Below are positions 29,574 to 39,175 of a stretch of DNA of 64,000 bases, piece after piece. The stretch comes from an uncultured Chloroflexia bacterium (lineage in GTDB: Bacteria; Chloroflexota; Limnocylindria; Limnocylindrales; CSP1-4). Each line of letters begins with the position of its first letter. Positions within the stretch are counted from its first letter, which is position 1. The notes under the pieces are model-generated. The model made no database searches. It had not been told where the DNA came from and saw only the letters and a program-made list of their open reading frames with translations. Where the stretch lies: the NCBI GenBank assembly GCA_963828165.1, contig CAWHDR010000001.1, positions 1,632,001 to 1,696,000 on the forward strand. The letters run 5' to 3'. A program made the position numbers and the translations under genes.

Positions 29574-30620
29574 ATGGATGGCCCACGTCGCCGCACCCGG
29601 ACCGGCGATCCCGCAACGGAGCAGTCCGCGGCCGCCGCGCGCAGCGCCGAGCCCCTGGCCGCGGTCGATCCCGCCGCGTTCCCGGACCGTGAGACCCGTC
29701 GGGCCATCGACGGCGGTGCCGCCAGCGCCCGTTTCCGCGAGCTTCTCGATGGCGGTGGGCCGGTCATGGCCGACGGCGCCATGGGGACGATGCTGTTCCA
29801 GAACGGCCTGCAGTTCGGCGACCCGCCGGAAGTCTGGAACCTGACCCAGCCGGAGATCATCCGACGGGTCCAGCGTGGCTATCTCGAAGCCGGGTCGCAG
29901 ATCATCATGACGAACACGTTCGGTGGCAACCGCCTGCGCCTCGCCCTGCACGGCCTCTCGGCGCGGGTGGATGAGCTGAACCGGACCGCCGCCATCCTCG
30001 CTCGCGCGGAGGTGCGCGCCGCCGGCGACCAGGCCCTCGTCGCCGGCGACATCGGCCCGAGCGGCGAGATCGTGGCACCCCTCGGGACGCTCGATTACGA
30101 GATCGCCGTCGACGTCTTCCGCGAGCAGGCGACGTCGCTCGTCGCGGGCGGCGTGGACCTCATCTGGATCGAGACGATGTCCGACCTCAACGAGATCAAG
30201 GCCGCCATCGAAGGCGTGCGCCAGGCGGCTCCTGGGATCGCGCTGATCACGACGATGACCTTCGACACCCGCGGCCACACGATGATGGGCGTGACCCCGG
30301 AGCAAGCGGTCGAGGCGCTCGTCGCGTGGGGCGCCGATGCGGTCGGCGGCAATTGCGGCAACGGGCCGGACGAGCTGCTCCCCGTCATCGCGCGGATGCG
30401 CGCCGCCGATCCAGACGTCGTGCTGGTGGCGAAGTCGAACGCGGGCATGCCCGAGCTCGTCGACATGCGTGCGGTCTACAAGGCGGACAGCGCCACCATG
30501 GCCGATTTCGCGATCCAGTTCCGGGACGCCGGTGCGACGATCGTCGGCGCCTGCTGCGGCAGCACGCCCGACCACCTTCGCGCCATGTCGGCCGCCCTTC
30601 GTCCCGCCAGCGTGAGCTGA
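29574..30620 (+). CDS. Homocysteine S-methyltransferase family protein (stand-alone Hcy-binding module)
   Basis: ADGAMGT, TNTFGGN, GDIGPSG, IETMSD, Zn ligands GNCG and GACCG. Confidence 0.9.
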   Translation: MDGPRRRTRTGDPATEQSAAAARSAEPLAAVDPAAFPDRETRRAIDGGAASARFRELLDGGGPVMADGAMGTMLFQNGLQFGDPPEVWNLTQPEIIRRVQRGYLEAGSQIIMTNTFGGNRLRLALHGLSARVDELNRTAAILARAEVRAAGDQALVAGDIGPSGEIVAPLGTLDYEIAVDVFREQATSLVAGGVDLIWIETMSDLNEIKAAIEGVRQAAPGIALITTMTFDTRGHTMMGVTPEQAVEALVAWGADAVGGNCGNGPDELLPVIARMRAADPDVVLVAKSNAGMPELVDMRAVYKADSATMADFAIQFRDAGATIVGACCGSTPDHLRAMSAALRPASVS

Positions 30621-30631
30621 CGACCGCGTCC

Positions 30632-31549
30632 GTGGCCACCCGTCCACTCAAGGTCGGCGTCCAGCTCCCGGAAGTCGAGCGAGAGGTCCGCTGGCCGGAG
30701 ATCCTCGACATGGTCCGGGCGATCGAGGACCTCGGCTATGACTCGATCTGGGTGGGCGAGCACCTTCTCTACCGCTGGCCGGATCGACCCGCACGCGGGC
30801 CGTGGGAAGCGTGGACGTCCATGGCCGCCATCGCGGCCGCGACATCGCGCGTGGAGTTCGGGCCGCTCGTGGCCTGTACGAATTTCCACAACCCGGCCCT
30901 CCTCGCCAAGCAGGCGGCCACGATCGACGAGATCAGCGGTGGCCGCTTCATCCTGGGCCTCGGCGCAGGCTGGAACGAGACCGAGTTCCGGGCCTTCGGC
31001 TTCCCGTTCGATCACCGGATCGACCGGTTCGAGGAGGCGTTCACCATCATCCGGACGCTGCTGCGCGACGGTGCCATCGACTACGACGGCAAGTTCTACC
31101 AGGCCCGCGACTGCGAGCTGCTGCCCCGCGGACCGCGGCCGGACGGCCCGCCACTGATGATCGGGTCGCGCGGTCCACGCATGCTGCGCATCACGTTGCC
31201 ACACGTCGATTCGTGGAACGTGTGGTTCGCCGACACCGGTAACTCGCCCACCGGGGTGTCGCCGTTACGTGAGCTCGTCGACGCGGCCTGCCGCGACGTC
31301 GGTCGCGACCCGGCCGAAGTGGAGCGGACCGTCGCGGTCCAGGTCCGGCTACCGGGCGGCCAGGGCCGCGTGCAGGGGGACTATGCCAAGGACGCCCCGC
31401 CGCCCCTGGAAGGGGACCCCGACGAGGTGGCGGAGGTCCTGCGTGCCTACGCCCGTGAGGGGATCGGGCACGTCCAGCTCGTGATGGACCCGATCACGAA
31501 GGACGCGATCGAGGCATTCGCGCCGGTCCTGTCGCGCCTCGACGCCTGA
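30632..31549 (+). CDS. LLM-class flavin-dependent oxidoreductase
   Basis: GYDSIWVGEH, AKQAATIDEISGGRFILGLGAGW, PLMIG. Confidence 0.9.
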   Translation: MATRPLKVGVQLPEVEREVRWPEILDMVRAIEDLGYDSIWVGEHLLYRWPDRPARGPWEAWTSMAAIAAATSRVEFGPLVACTNFHNPALLAKQAATIDEISGGRFILGLGAGWNETEFRAFGFPFDHRIDRFEEAFTIIRTLLRDGAIDYDGKFYQARDCELLPRGPRPDGPPLMIGSRGPRMLRITLPHVDSWNVWFADTGNSPTGVSPLRELVDAACRDVGRDPAEVERTVAVQVRLPGGQGRVQGDYAKDAPPPLEGDPDEVAEVLRAYAREGIGHVQLVMDPITKDAIEAFAPVLSRLDA

Positions 31550-31630
31550 GCGGGCACGCCACCCGCCGCCTCCCACGGTACTTCTGTAGGGTCGCCTTCG
31601 CCGGCCTTCGTGCGTAGCATCCACCCCGTC

Positions 31631-32236
31631 ATGCCCCGGACCAGCCTTCGTTCGACCCGGCTTGTGGCCGCCCTCCTCGCGTGCGCCATGCTCGCCGCCG
31701 CATGCGAAGCGGCCGCGGTAGCGCCCTCGCCCACGCCCGTCCCGACGCCCATCCCGACGCCGAATCCCCACCTGGCGGACCCGGCATCGGCCCAGGCCGT
31801 CTTCAATGGCCTCGGTCGCGAGGGCCTGAGGGTCACGCCGAACACGGCCAATGTCGGCGCCGAAGCGGCCGGCGTCGTCACCCGGATCCACGCCACGTAC
31901 AGTGGCTGGCCGCTCCAGGTCGTCGAGTACCGCACTTCGGCCGATCTCGCCAAGGCCGCTTCCTGGGAGGCCGGGCAGGCGCCCGGCAAGGGAGAGCCAC
32001 CGATCGCGCTCGCCGGCTCCAATATCCTCGTCCGATGGGGGCCGTGGGACGCGGACGCCAAGCCACCCAAGCTCGACGAGCGCCAGACCGCCGCGCTGGA
32101 GGCCCTGGTCACCGCCATGGACCGACTGCTCTCGCCATTGCAGACGCGGACGATCGTGCCGGTGACGACGGTGATCGTCTCGGCGGCCAGTCAGGACCGT
32201 CCGTCCGCCGCACCGAAGGCGACACCCGCGCCCTGA
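31631..32236 (+). CDS. Hypothetical lipoprotein
   Basis: Lipobox LAAC and Pro/Thr linker; -10 TAGCAT upstream. Confidence 0.7.
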   Translation: MPRTSLRSTRLVAALLACAMLAAACEAAAVAPSPTPVPTPIPTPNPHLADPASAQAVFNGLGREGLRVTPNTANVGAEAAGVVTRIHATYSGWPLQVVEYRTSADLAKAASWEAGQAPGKGEPPIALAGSNILVRWGPWDADAKPPKLDERQTAALEALVTAMDRLLSPLQTRTIVPVTTVIVSAASQDRPSAAPKATPAP

Positions 32237-32281
32237 GGCCGTACCCTTCGGTCGGTAAGCCGACCCGCGAGGGAGAACCCG

Positions 32282-32782
32282 ATGTCACTCGAGGGCAGCC
32301 CGCGCCCCCGGTCCGTCTCGGCCCGCGCCGGTGATGACGTGTCGGAGCTGGACAAGCGCGTGATCGAGCACCTGCAGACCGACGGCCGCCGCCCCTTCAC
32401 GCAGATCGCCGCGGAGCTCGGCGTGTCCGAGGCCGCGGTGCGGGCACGGACCAACCGTCTGATCGAGCGCGGCATCCTGCAGATCGTCGGGGTCACCGAT
32501 CCGCTCAAGCTCGGGTTCCACCAGATGGCGATGATCGGCATCCGCTGTGAGAGCGACCAGCTGGTGGAGGTCGCCGAACGGATCGCCGAGATGCCGGAGG
32601 TCGACTACGTCGTCATCACTGCCGGGACGTACGACCTGCTGATCGAGACCGTGTGCGAGGACAACGAGGCCCTGTTGCGCTTCCTGACCGAGAAGCTGCG
32701 CTCGCTCGAGGGAGTCCGCGAGACCGAGACGTTCATGTACCTGCGGCTGGTCAAGCAGACCTACCAATGGGGTACGCGCTGA
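32282..32782 (+). CDS. Lrp/AsnC family transcriptional regulator
   Basis: LQTDGRRPFTQIAAELGVSEAAVRARTNRL HTH and RAM domain with TAGTYDLL. Confidence 0.93.
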   Translation: MSLEGSPRPRSVSARAGDDVSELDKRVIEHLQTDGRRPFTQIAAELGVSEAAVRARTNRLIERGILQIVGVTDPLKLGFHQMAMIGIRCESDQLVEVAERIAEMPEVDYVVITAGTYDLLIETVCEDNEALLRFLTEKLRSLEGVRETETFMYLRLVKQTYQWGTR

Positions 32783-32853
32783 ACGGAAACGTGTCGCCAG
32801 GACGCACCGGGCGATAGGCCCATGCGGTCGATGCCGGGCTAAGATGCCCGAGC

Positions 32854-34110
32854 ATGTCGGTCGAACCTATCCTCGTCCTGATCGTCGTCGCGGTGGTCGC
32901 CAATCTCGTCGTGATGGCGGCCCTGCTCGGCTCGCCCGTGCTCGGCCGCTCACGCGCCCTGGCCCACCAGGACTCGCCCATCGATATCCGCGCGGAGGCG
33001 GCGATGGCGGCTGCGGCCGTGGTCGGCGGGTCGGACGAGGATCGCCCCGAACATGCCGTGACGACCCAGACCTACGATCGCGTCGTCAGGATCGTCAGCT
33101 GGATCTTCCTGCTCGCCACGACGACGATCGTCGCCGTCACCGAGCTCTGGCCCGCCAACCAGCCGGCGATCCTCGTCCTGCTGGCGCTGACCGGGGCCTT
33201 CGTGTTGGTCGTGCACGACCTGCTGCCGGCCGACGCGCTGGGGGCGGCCAAGTTCGGCGTCGAGGGTTCGGTCGCCATCACCGTGGCGACGTTGCTCGTC
33301 GCGCTGACCGGTGGCGTGCAGAGCCCGTTCTTCTTCACCTACCCACTGATCGTCGGCGGGGCGGCCCTCGTGGTCTCGCCCCCGATCACCGTGGGCCTGA
33401 CTGCGACCGCCGCGCTCGGATACCTGCTGGCGGTCCTGCTCGGCTCCCCGGAGGGCACGCTCGGCAACCCGATCACGACCGCGACCGTCGGCATCAACCT
33501 GACGGCGATGATCCTGCTCGCCTATGTCGCAATGGTGATCGCGCGCGAGCAGCGCCGGTCGCGTGACGCGGCGATCCGCCTCTCGACGATCGACCCGCTG
33601 ACCACGCTCTTCAACCGCGGCTTCTTCTTCGCCGCCCTGGAGCGCGAGATCGCCCGAAGCGCCCGCTCGGGGCGCGGCTTCTGCCTGCTGATGATGGACC
33701 TCGACGAGCTCAAGACGGTCAACGACCGGCTGGGGCACTTCCACGGCGATCGCGTCCTGCGGGCGGTCGGGGTCGTCGTGACGGCGATCGTCCGCCGCAT
33801 CGATACGGCCGCCCGCTACGGCGGCGACGAGTTCGTGGTGCTCCTGCCCGAGACCGATCCCACCGGCGCCTACGTCGTGGCCGAGAAGATCCGGCTCGGA
33901 GTCCATGACCTGGAGCTCGGCCTGACCGACGAGGCCATCCGGCCGTCGATGTCGATCGGCGTTGTCAGCTATCCGGACGATGGCAGCACGGCCGACGAGC
34001 TGATGATCAGCGCCGATGGGGCGATGTACGCGAGCAAGCGAGCCGGGAAGAACCGCGTGACGGGCGTCGACATGCCGCTCGATCCGCCGGTCGTCGCCTC
34101 CGCTCCCTAA
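32854..34110 (+). CDS. Membrane-bound diguanylate cyclase
   Basis: Multiple TM helices, DPLT.LFNR, RRID I-site, RYGGDEF, AMYASK..GKNR. Confidence 0.93.
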   Translation: MSVEPILVLIVVAVVANLVVMAALLGSPVLGRSRALAHQDSPIDIRAEAAMAAAAVVGGSDEDRPEHAVTTQTYDRVVRIVSWIFLLATTTIVAVTELWPANQPAILVLLALTGAFVLVVHDLLPADALGAAKFGVEGSVAITVATLLVALTGGVQSPFFFTYPLIVGGAALVVSPPITVGLTATAALGYLLAVLLGSPEGTLGNPITTATVGINLTAMILLAYVAMVIAREQRRSRDAAIRLSTIDPLTTLFNRGFFFAALEREIARSARSGRGFCLLMMDLDELKTVNDRLGHFHGDRVLRAVGVVVTAIVRRIDTAARYGGDEFVVLLPETDPTGAYVVAEKIRLGVHDLELGLTDEAIRPSMSIGVVSYPDDGSTADELMISADGAMYASKRAGKNRVTGVDMPLDPPVVASAP

Positions 34111-34172
34111 CGCGCCCGTGAGGCGGACGTCGCCGGCGCACAGCATGACGCCGTTCCCGGCGCCGCGTTCCG

Positions 34173-35576
34173 TCACCGGCCGATCGTCATCGCGCGGTCC
34201 GGCCGGAGGATGAAGGGTGGCAGGTACGCAGGGATGTTCGAGAACGGCAGGACGTCGGGATGCAGATCGATCCCGAGCGCGTCGGTCATGAACCGGCGGC
34301 GCGCCTGGATCCGGGACCACGCCTCCGGAAACCGCGCCGCGAACGCTTCTCGCAGACCCGCGTCGGCCAGGGCGATCCCGTCCTCGATGTTCGTCGTGAA
34401 GTAGGGCGTCCCGGTCGCCGGGATGACGTCGACCTGGAAGGCCATCCCCGACTGCAATTCGATCGTGGAGCCGCGGCCGATGGGCGAGTTCACCCACTCG
34501 TCGAGCTGGATCTGGTGCCCGGGATTGAGAAAGAGCCCGAAGAAGGGATCGCCGAGGTGCCGGTCGATGATGTCGAACAGGACGCCACCGGTCTGGCCCA
34601 CGTGCAGCGCCGCATACCACTCGGCGATCGCGCTGAAGTACGGCCCGACGAGCCGCTCGACGTAGTCGCTGATCCCGTCCGGCAGCTCGGATGCGTCCTC
34701 GACCACCCACCCTGCCCGGCACGTCAACGCGCCCCAGATCCCGAACGCGACCGTGAACGGATCCCCGTGTTCGATGGTCCGGTCTCCGGGGCTCAGCAGG
34801 CCAAACCGGGCGCGCGGTCCGGCCGTCAACATGAGGTGACACGACAGCGGCGTCCCGTCCCAGCCAAGCAGGCCCACGGCGTCCCGCTCGCGCAGACCGG
34901 GACGAAGCTGTGTCAGCAACGCACGCACGCCACTCGACGTCGTGCAGGCGGCGGCCTCCATCATGGCCAGCTGGTCGACCTCATTGCGGACGCGCAGCCC
35001 ATCAGCAGCATCGATGAACAGGCCGGTCGCATTCGTGACGATCCCGGCGCCACCTGCGGTCCTGATGGCGTCGGCGAGGTACGCGGGGATGTCGAGCATC
35101 GATGGATCGCCGTACGTCTTCCATCCGACGACCCCGATCCGTCGGCCAGGCCCGATGCCCTCGTCGGCGAGGATCGCCGCGAGCGGGCGCGACCGGTCGC
35201 GGGGCTGACTCGGCAGGCTGAAGTCCTGGAAGAGTTCGCGACGCATCGGCAAGGGTGCGGCCCCCGCCACCCCGTAGCACTCGTTGCCCACGAGGATCAC
35301 CGGGTCGCCGGGCCCGACGATGAGGACGGCCTCCTCGAAGCGCGGGTCGAAGCCGGTCAGCCAGGCGAGGTTGGCGCTGTGCTCGCGATCCGCGTAGACG
35401 ACCAGGCGGTCGATCCGATCGGCGGCCATGCGCTCGCGCAGCCGCTCGAGGCGGTCCGCGTAAGTGGCGGGGGCGAGCTCCGGGTTGCCGGTCGGTCGCC
35501 CGAAATCGGGAAGCGCGACATCCGAGAGGCGCGCCTCGGATCGTGCCGGGTCCTTGCGTGCACCGTTGCTGGTCAT
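34173..35576 (-). CDS. Creatinase/Xaa-Pro aminopeptidase (M24-fold) family protein with an altered metal site
   Basis: Creatinase N-domain (VYADREHSANLAWLTGFDPRFEE); C-domain NPGHQIQLDEW, QVDVIP, NIEDG; ATG 35576 overlaps the upstream stop. Confidence 0.75.
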   Translation of the reverse strand: MTSNGARKDPARSEARLSDVALPDFGRPTGNPELAPATYADRLERLRERMAADRIDRLVVYADREHSANLAWLTGFDPRFEEAVLIVGPGDPVILVGNECYGVAGAAPLPMRRELFQDFSLPSQPRDRSRPLAAILADEGIGPGRRIGVVGWKTYGDPSMLDIPAYLADAIRTAGGAGIVTNATGLFIDAADGLRVRNEVDQLAMMEAAACTTSSGVRALLTQLRPGLRERDAVGLLGWDGTPLSCHLMLTAGPRARFGLLSPGDRTIEHGDPFTVAFGIWGALTCRAGWVVEDASELPDGISDYVERLVGPYFSAIAEWYAALHVGQTGGVLFDIIDRHLGDPFFGLFLNPGHQIQLDEWVNSPIGRGSTIELQSGMAFQVDVIPATGTPYFTTNIEDGIALADAGLREAFAARFPEAWSRIQARRRFMTDALGIDLHPDVLPFSNIPAYLPPFILRPDRAMTIGR

Positions 35577-37231
35577 GGCATCCAAAGCTCGATCTGATCG
35601 CTGCCGCGATCGATGGTCGCGAACTGGTTCGCGTCGATACCGGTCCATGTGCCGACCTCGCCGTCGGGCCAGGTGACGCGCACGTCCGCCCGCGCTGCCG
35701 GCCCTAGCCCGAAGTGGGTCCAGCCGAGCTGCCCGCCCACATGGCCGCCACCGACCGTCAGCTCGCGACGCTGCAGTGCCTCGCCGACGCGGACCTCGAG
35801 GATGGCCCCGATCGCGTCGCGATTGGGCCCCGGTTGGCGGACCCCCAGACCCAGCCAGTGGCCCATCGCGACGGGGTCGCTGCCCGTGCCGGCCCCGACG
35901 TTGCGCCACACCCGGACGGGTGCGTCTAGGTCGACCTGCACCAGGTCGAGCAGGCCATCGGCATTGAAGTCCGCCAGCGCCGCGCCTCGACCCCGCTCCG
36001 GATCGACGATGCCCGCCCGCTCGGCGCCGTACGTGAACGTGCTATCCGGAGCACCCATGAACAGGTCACTCGGATCGATCGCGGCGTAGTCGGGCTGCTG
36101 GCCGACATTGCCCTTCGAAACGAACAGATCGATGAAGCCGTCGTTGTTCACGTCCTGGAACTCAGGATGCCAGGCCGTCGACGGTAGCGGGTCGCCGCCC
36201 GCGGACGGGCGCGTGGCGATGACACCGTGCTTGATCGCGATGTCCCGATACGTGGGGAGCTCGGGACCAGTGAGCAACGTCTGCAGCTTGTTGGGGCCTT
36301 GGCTCGTCAAGTAGATCTCCGGGTATCCGTCGCCGGTCAGGTCGTGGCTCGCGATCCCCATGCCCCAGATCTGCATGGTCACCCAGCCATCATCCGCCGT
36401 GTAGAGACGTGGTGCCTCGCCCACGACCACCCGCCAGAGCTGCTCTTGACCGACCTCCGCGTCGTAGTACTGGCGATCGTTGCTGACGCGCAGGTCCCGT
36501 CGGCCCGACCCATCCCAGTCGCTGAACAGCATCGACAGCGAACAGAACCCGGGAGTGAGTGCCATCGCGGGCGCATACCCGGATCCAGCGGGGTCCGGAC
36601 GGAACAGCTCGTTGTCGGGACACTCGTAGGTCGCGTTGCCTTCGGCATCGATCTCGACGTACTTGCCGAACGCCATCGTGGGCAACACCGCGGACCCCTC
36701 CCACGTGGCGCTGAACGCCGTCGTCCAATCGGCTGCCGCCGCGAAGGACCATCGGTCGTCGCCGGACTCGAAGCCACAGTCCCCGACGCCTCGCAGGAGC
36801 GTCGCGCCGTCGTTGCGCAAAACGGCCAGGTCGACGCGCCCGTCCCCGTCGATGTCCAGTGGATACGCCCCCATCACACCAGCTCGGCTGCCGGCGACAC
36901 CGGGCACCATCGTGAACCCGAGCTGCGCTCCGGATCGGCTGGTGTTTCGGTAGAGCGCGGCCGGCTCCGCACCGCCCGCCAGGTACAGATCCGGCAGGCG
37001 ATCGTCGTCGCAGTCCAAGACGGCGACGCCGCCGCCGATGAACGACCTGTCCCGGCCACCGTACATGTGATCGACGCCGGCTGTGGTCGTCTCGTCGACG
37101 TACCGCGGCGGCCCCAGCGCCACCGTCGGCGTTGCGCCGCGACGTCCGACGACGACCCAGGCGCCGGCGACCACCACCCCGATCACGGCGACCGTTGCCG
37201 CCGCAGCGACCATCCGCCGCCGACGTCTCAA
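35573..37231 (-). CDS. CRTAC1 / FG-GAP repeat protein with ASPIC-UnbV domain
   Basis: DxDGDG repeats, GMGIA..DLTGDG, GRGAALADFNADGLLDL, NRDAIGA, HFGLG; probable TTG start at 37231 with GAGG SD. Confidence 0.88.
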   Translation of the reverse strand: MRRRRRMVAAAATVAVIGVVVAGAWVVVGRRGATPTVALGPPRYVDETTTAGVDHMYGGRDRSFIGGGVAVLDCDDDRLPDLYLAGGAEPAALYRNTSRSGAQLGFTMVPGVAGSRAGVMGAYPLDIDGDGRVDLAVLRNDGATLLRGVGDCGFESGDDRWSFAAAADWTTAFSATWEGSAVLPTMAFGKYVEIDAEGNATYECPDNELFRPDPAGSGYAPAMALTPGFCSLSMLFSDWDGSGRRDLRVSNDRQYYDAEVGQEQLWRVVVGEAPRLYTADDGWVTMQIWGMGIASHDLTGDGYPEIYLTSQGPNKLQTLLTGPELPTYRDIAIKHGVIATRPSAGGDPLPSTAWHPEFQDVNNDGFIDLFVSKGNVGQQPDYAAIDPSDLFMGAPDSTFTYGAERAGIVDPERGRGAALADFNADGLLDLVQVDLDAPVRVWRNVGAGTGSDPVAMGHWLGLGVRQPGPNRDAIGAILEVRVGEALQRRELTVGGGHVGGQLGWTHFGLGPAARADVRVTWPDGEVGTWTGIDANQFATIDRGSDQIELWMP

Positions 37232-37241
37232 CCGGCTCGCC

Positions 37242-39110
37242 TCACGATCCGATCGTGCCGGCGTAGTACAGCCGGGCGCGGGCCCACGCGGCCCGACCGC
37301 ACTCCGAGCCGATCCGCCGGCCGTTGAGATCGTCGGCTGCGATATGGATCCCACCCAGGATCCGCGACTGACCGGCCTGATCGGCGGCGTCGTAATAGGT
37401 CGCCCACTCGAGCTCGATATCGCTCGTCGGGCCCATCTCGTTCTTGAGCGACCCGACCGGGATCGTGTAGCCGCTGATGCCGCCGGGGAAGAACGAACTC
37501 CCGGTCATGGCGGTCATCACCTCGGCCCCGGCCCGGCTGAACGTGCTGTGACCCGAGACGTACCCCTGGAATGCCGGTGTCACGAACGTCGGCAGCTGGT
37601 AGGGGACCCACTGCACGGCCAGGATCCACCGCGCCCCGCTGGCCTGGGTCTTCGGGTCGGGAGGCACGCCGGCCCATGCTCGGATGGCGATCTCGCCTTC
37701 GTGGCCCGCGAGGGCCGCGTGCCGTCCACCCGGCGCGGTGGTCTCGTCGGTGATGACCTCGATGAGATCCGGCACGAGCGGCAGGCCGTCAGCGTGGTAC
37801 GCCGGCCCGGCCGGGTCTGACGACTGTCCGAGGCTGCCCATGTAGCGGATCATCGAGATCGGCCGGACCGAGTCGTAGTGCCCCTTCAGGCCCCAGGCCG
37901 CGATCGCCGCGTCGTGGACGGCGCCGTTGAGGGCGAGGTACGTCTTGACATCCCACTCGAGTCGGTCGACTTGCGGACCGTTGCCGCCGATCTGCAGATC
38001 CGTGCCCAGCTCGTCGCCGACCTTGTTCGCGAGGACGTTCCAGTGACCCGGAGGTGTCTCGGACTTGGGCCCGTCGGCCCAGAATTCGACCATCACGCGC
38101 ACGAAGTCGCCCTCATCGACCACATCGGGCTCGTAGGGCTGGCCGGTCACCGGGTTGACGTCATGCCCCACGCCGTCGTTCGAGCCCAATGGGTTGTTGC
38201 CCCTCGCCCCTGGGGAGATGTCGATCTGCTCTGTGTTCGCCGGATCGAGCAGGCTGCTGCCACGGATCACCTCGACAGCCTGATCCTGGTATTCCCTGGT
38301 ACCGAACTGCGGTGGGGGGCCCGGATCGATCGGGACCCCGGCGGAACCCCCGGCAGGGATCGCGAACGAGGTGACGTGACCCCAATGCGGCCCGACCGCC
38401 TGCTGGGTCCCGTTCTCGATCGGGATGCCGTTCTGGGAGATCATGTGCTCGAGCTGCAGGGGCTGCCAGCGGTCGGGGTCGGTCATCTCGATATCGGTCC
38501 CCGCGACCACGAGCGGCGGATTCACCGGCTCGTAGTCGGTCGCGGCGTAGCCGTCAGCCTGGTTCGAGCCATCGCTCATGCCCGCGGTCGTGATGGTCTC
38601 GGCGATCCGATTGCCAAGTGCGGCCGGCGAGTCGCCCTGGGTCGTCGTCACGTCCAGCGGATAGCACAGCGAGTCCATGACGTCGGCAAAGGCCGAGAGC
38701 GACTCGTCGCCACCGACTGACTTGATATAGCGGGAGCTCAGGATGCGGTACGCCGCGTAGCTGATCGCCTCGTTCCGAGCCGCCGCCACGTTCGACGAGG
38801 TCAACTTCTCCTTCACGAAGACACCCGACGCCGTGGCGTCGTATGCCGCCCACGCGTCCCACATGCCGGCTGCGGTGTGGTACAGGTTCCGGGCGTGGAC
38901 CGTCGGCGCCGGGAGCGCGCGCCGGATCGCACCGAGGAGCGCCTCGTCCCAGCGTCGTGCAACGCTCCACTCAGGGTGCTCCGCCGCCGGCGGACAGGAC
39001 GGCTGGCTTTGCCACGGCCGGACGATGACGAGCCCCGTGGCGACCATGACGGCGATGGCAGCGACGGCCAGGATCCCCAACTTCGTCGATCTCGATCGAC
39101 TGACCAGCAC
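37242..39110 (-). CDS. Secreted vanadium-dependent haloperoxidase (PAP2 superfamily)
   Basis: Vanadate motifs LKGHYDSVRP, YVSGHST, SRILGGIH; FWADGP..ETPPGHW; N-terminal signal/anchor. Confidence 0.85.
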   Translation of the reverse strand: MLVSRSRSTKLGILAVAAIAVMVATGLVIVRPWQSQPSCPPAAEHPEWSVARRWDEALLGAIRRALPAPTVHARNLYHTAAGMWDAWAAYDATASGVFVKEKLTSSNVAAARNEAISYAAYRILSSRYIKSVGGDESLSAFADVMDSLCYPLDVTTTQGDSPAALGNRIAETITTAGMSDGSNQADGYAATDYEPVNPPLVVAGTDIEMTDPDRWQPLQLEHMISQNGIPIENGTQQAVGPHWGHVTSFAIPAGGSAGVPIDPGPPPQFGTREYQDQAVEVIRGSSLLDPANTEQIDISPGARGNNPLGSNDGVGHDVNPVTGQPYEPDVVDEGDFVRVMVEFWADGPKSETPPGHWNVLANKVGDELGTDLQIGGNGPQVDRLEWDVKTYLALNGAVHDAAIAAWGLKGHYDSVRPISMIRYMGSLGQSSDPAGPAYHADGLPLVPDLIEVITDETTAPGGRHAALAGHEGEIAIRAWAGVPPDPKTQASGARWILAVQWVPYQLPTFVTPAFQGYVSGHSTFSRAGAEVMTAMTGSSFFPGGISGYTIPVGSLKNEMGPTSDIELEWATYYDAADQAGQSRILGGIHIAADDLNGRRIGSECGRAAWARARLYYAGTIGS

Positions 39111-39175
39111 GACTCCTCCTTCGATCGCCCGTCCCCTCGGACCAGGTCCACGATATCTTCTCGCCCGGACCTACC

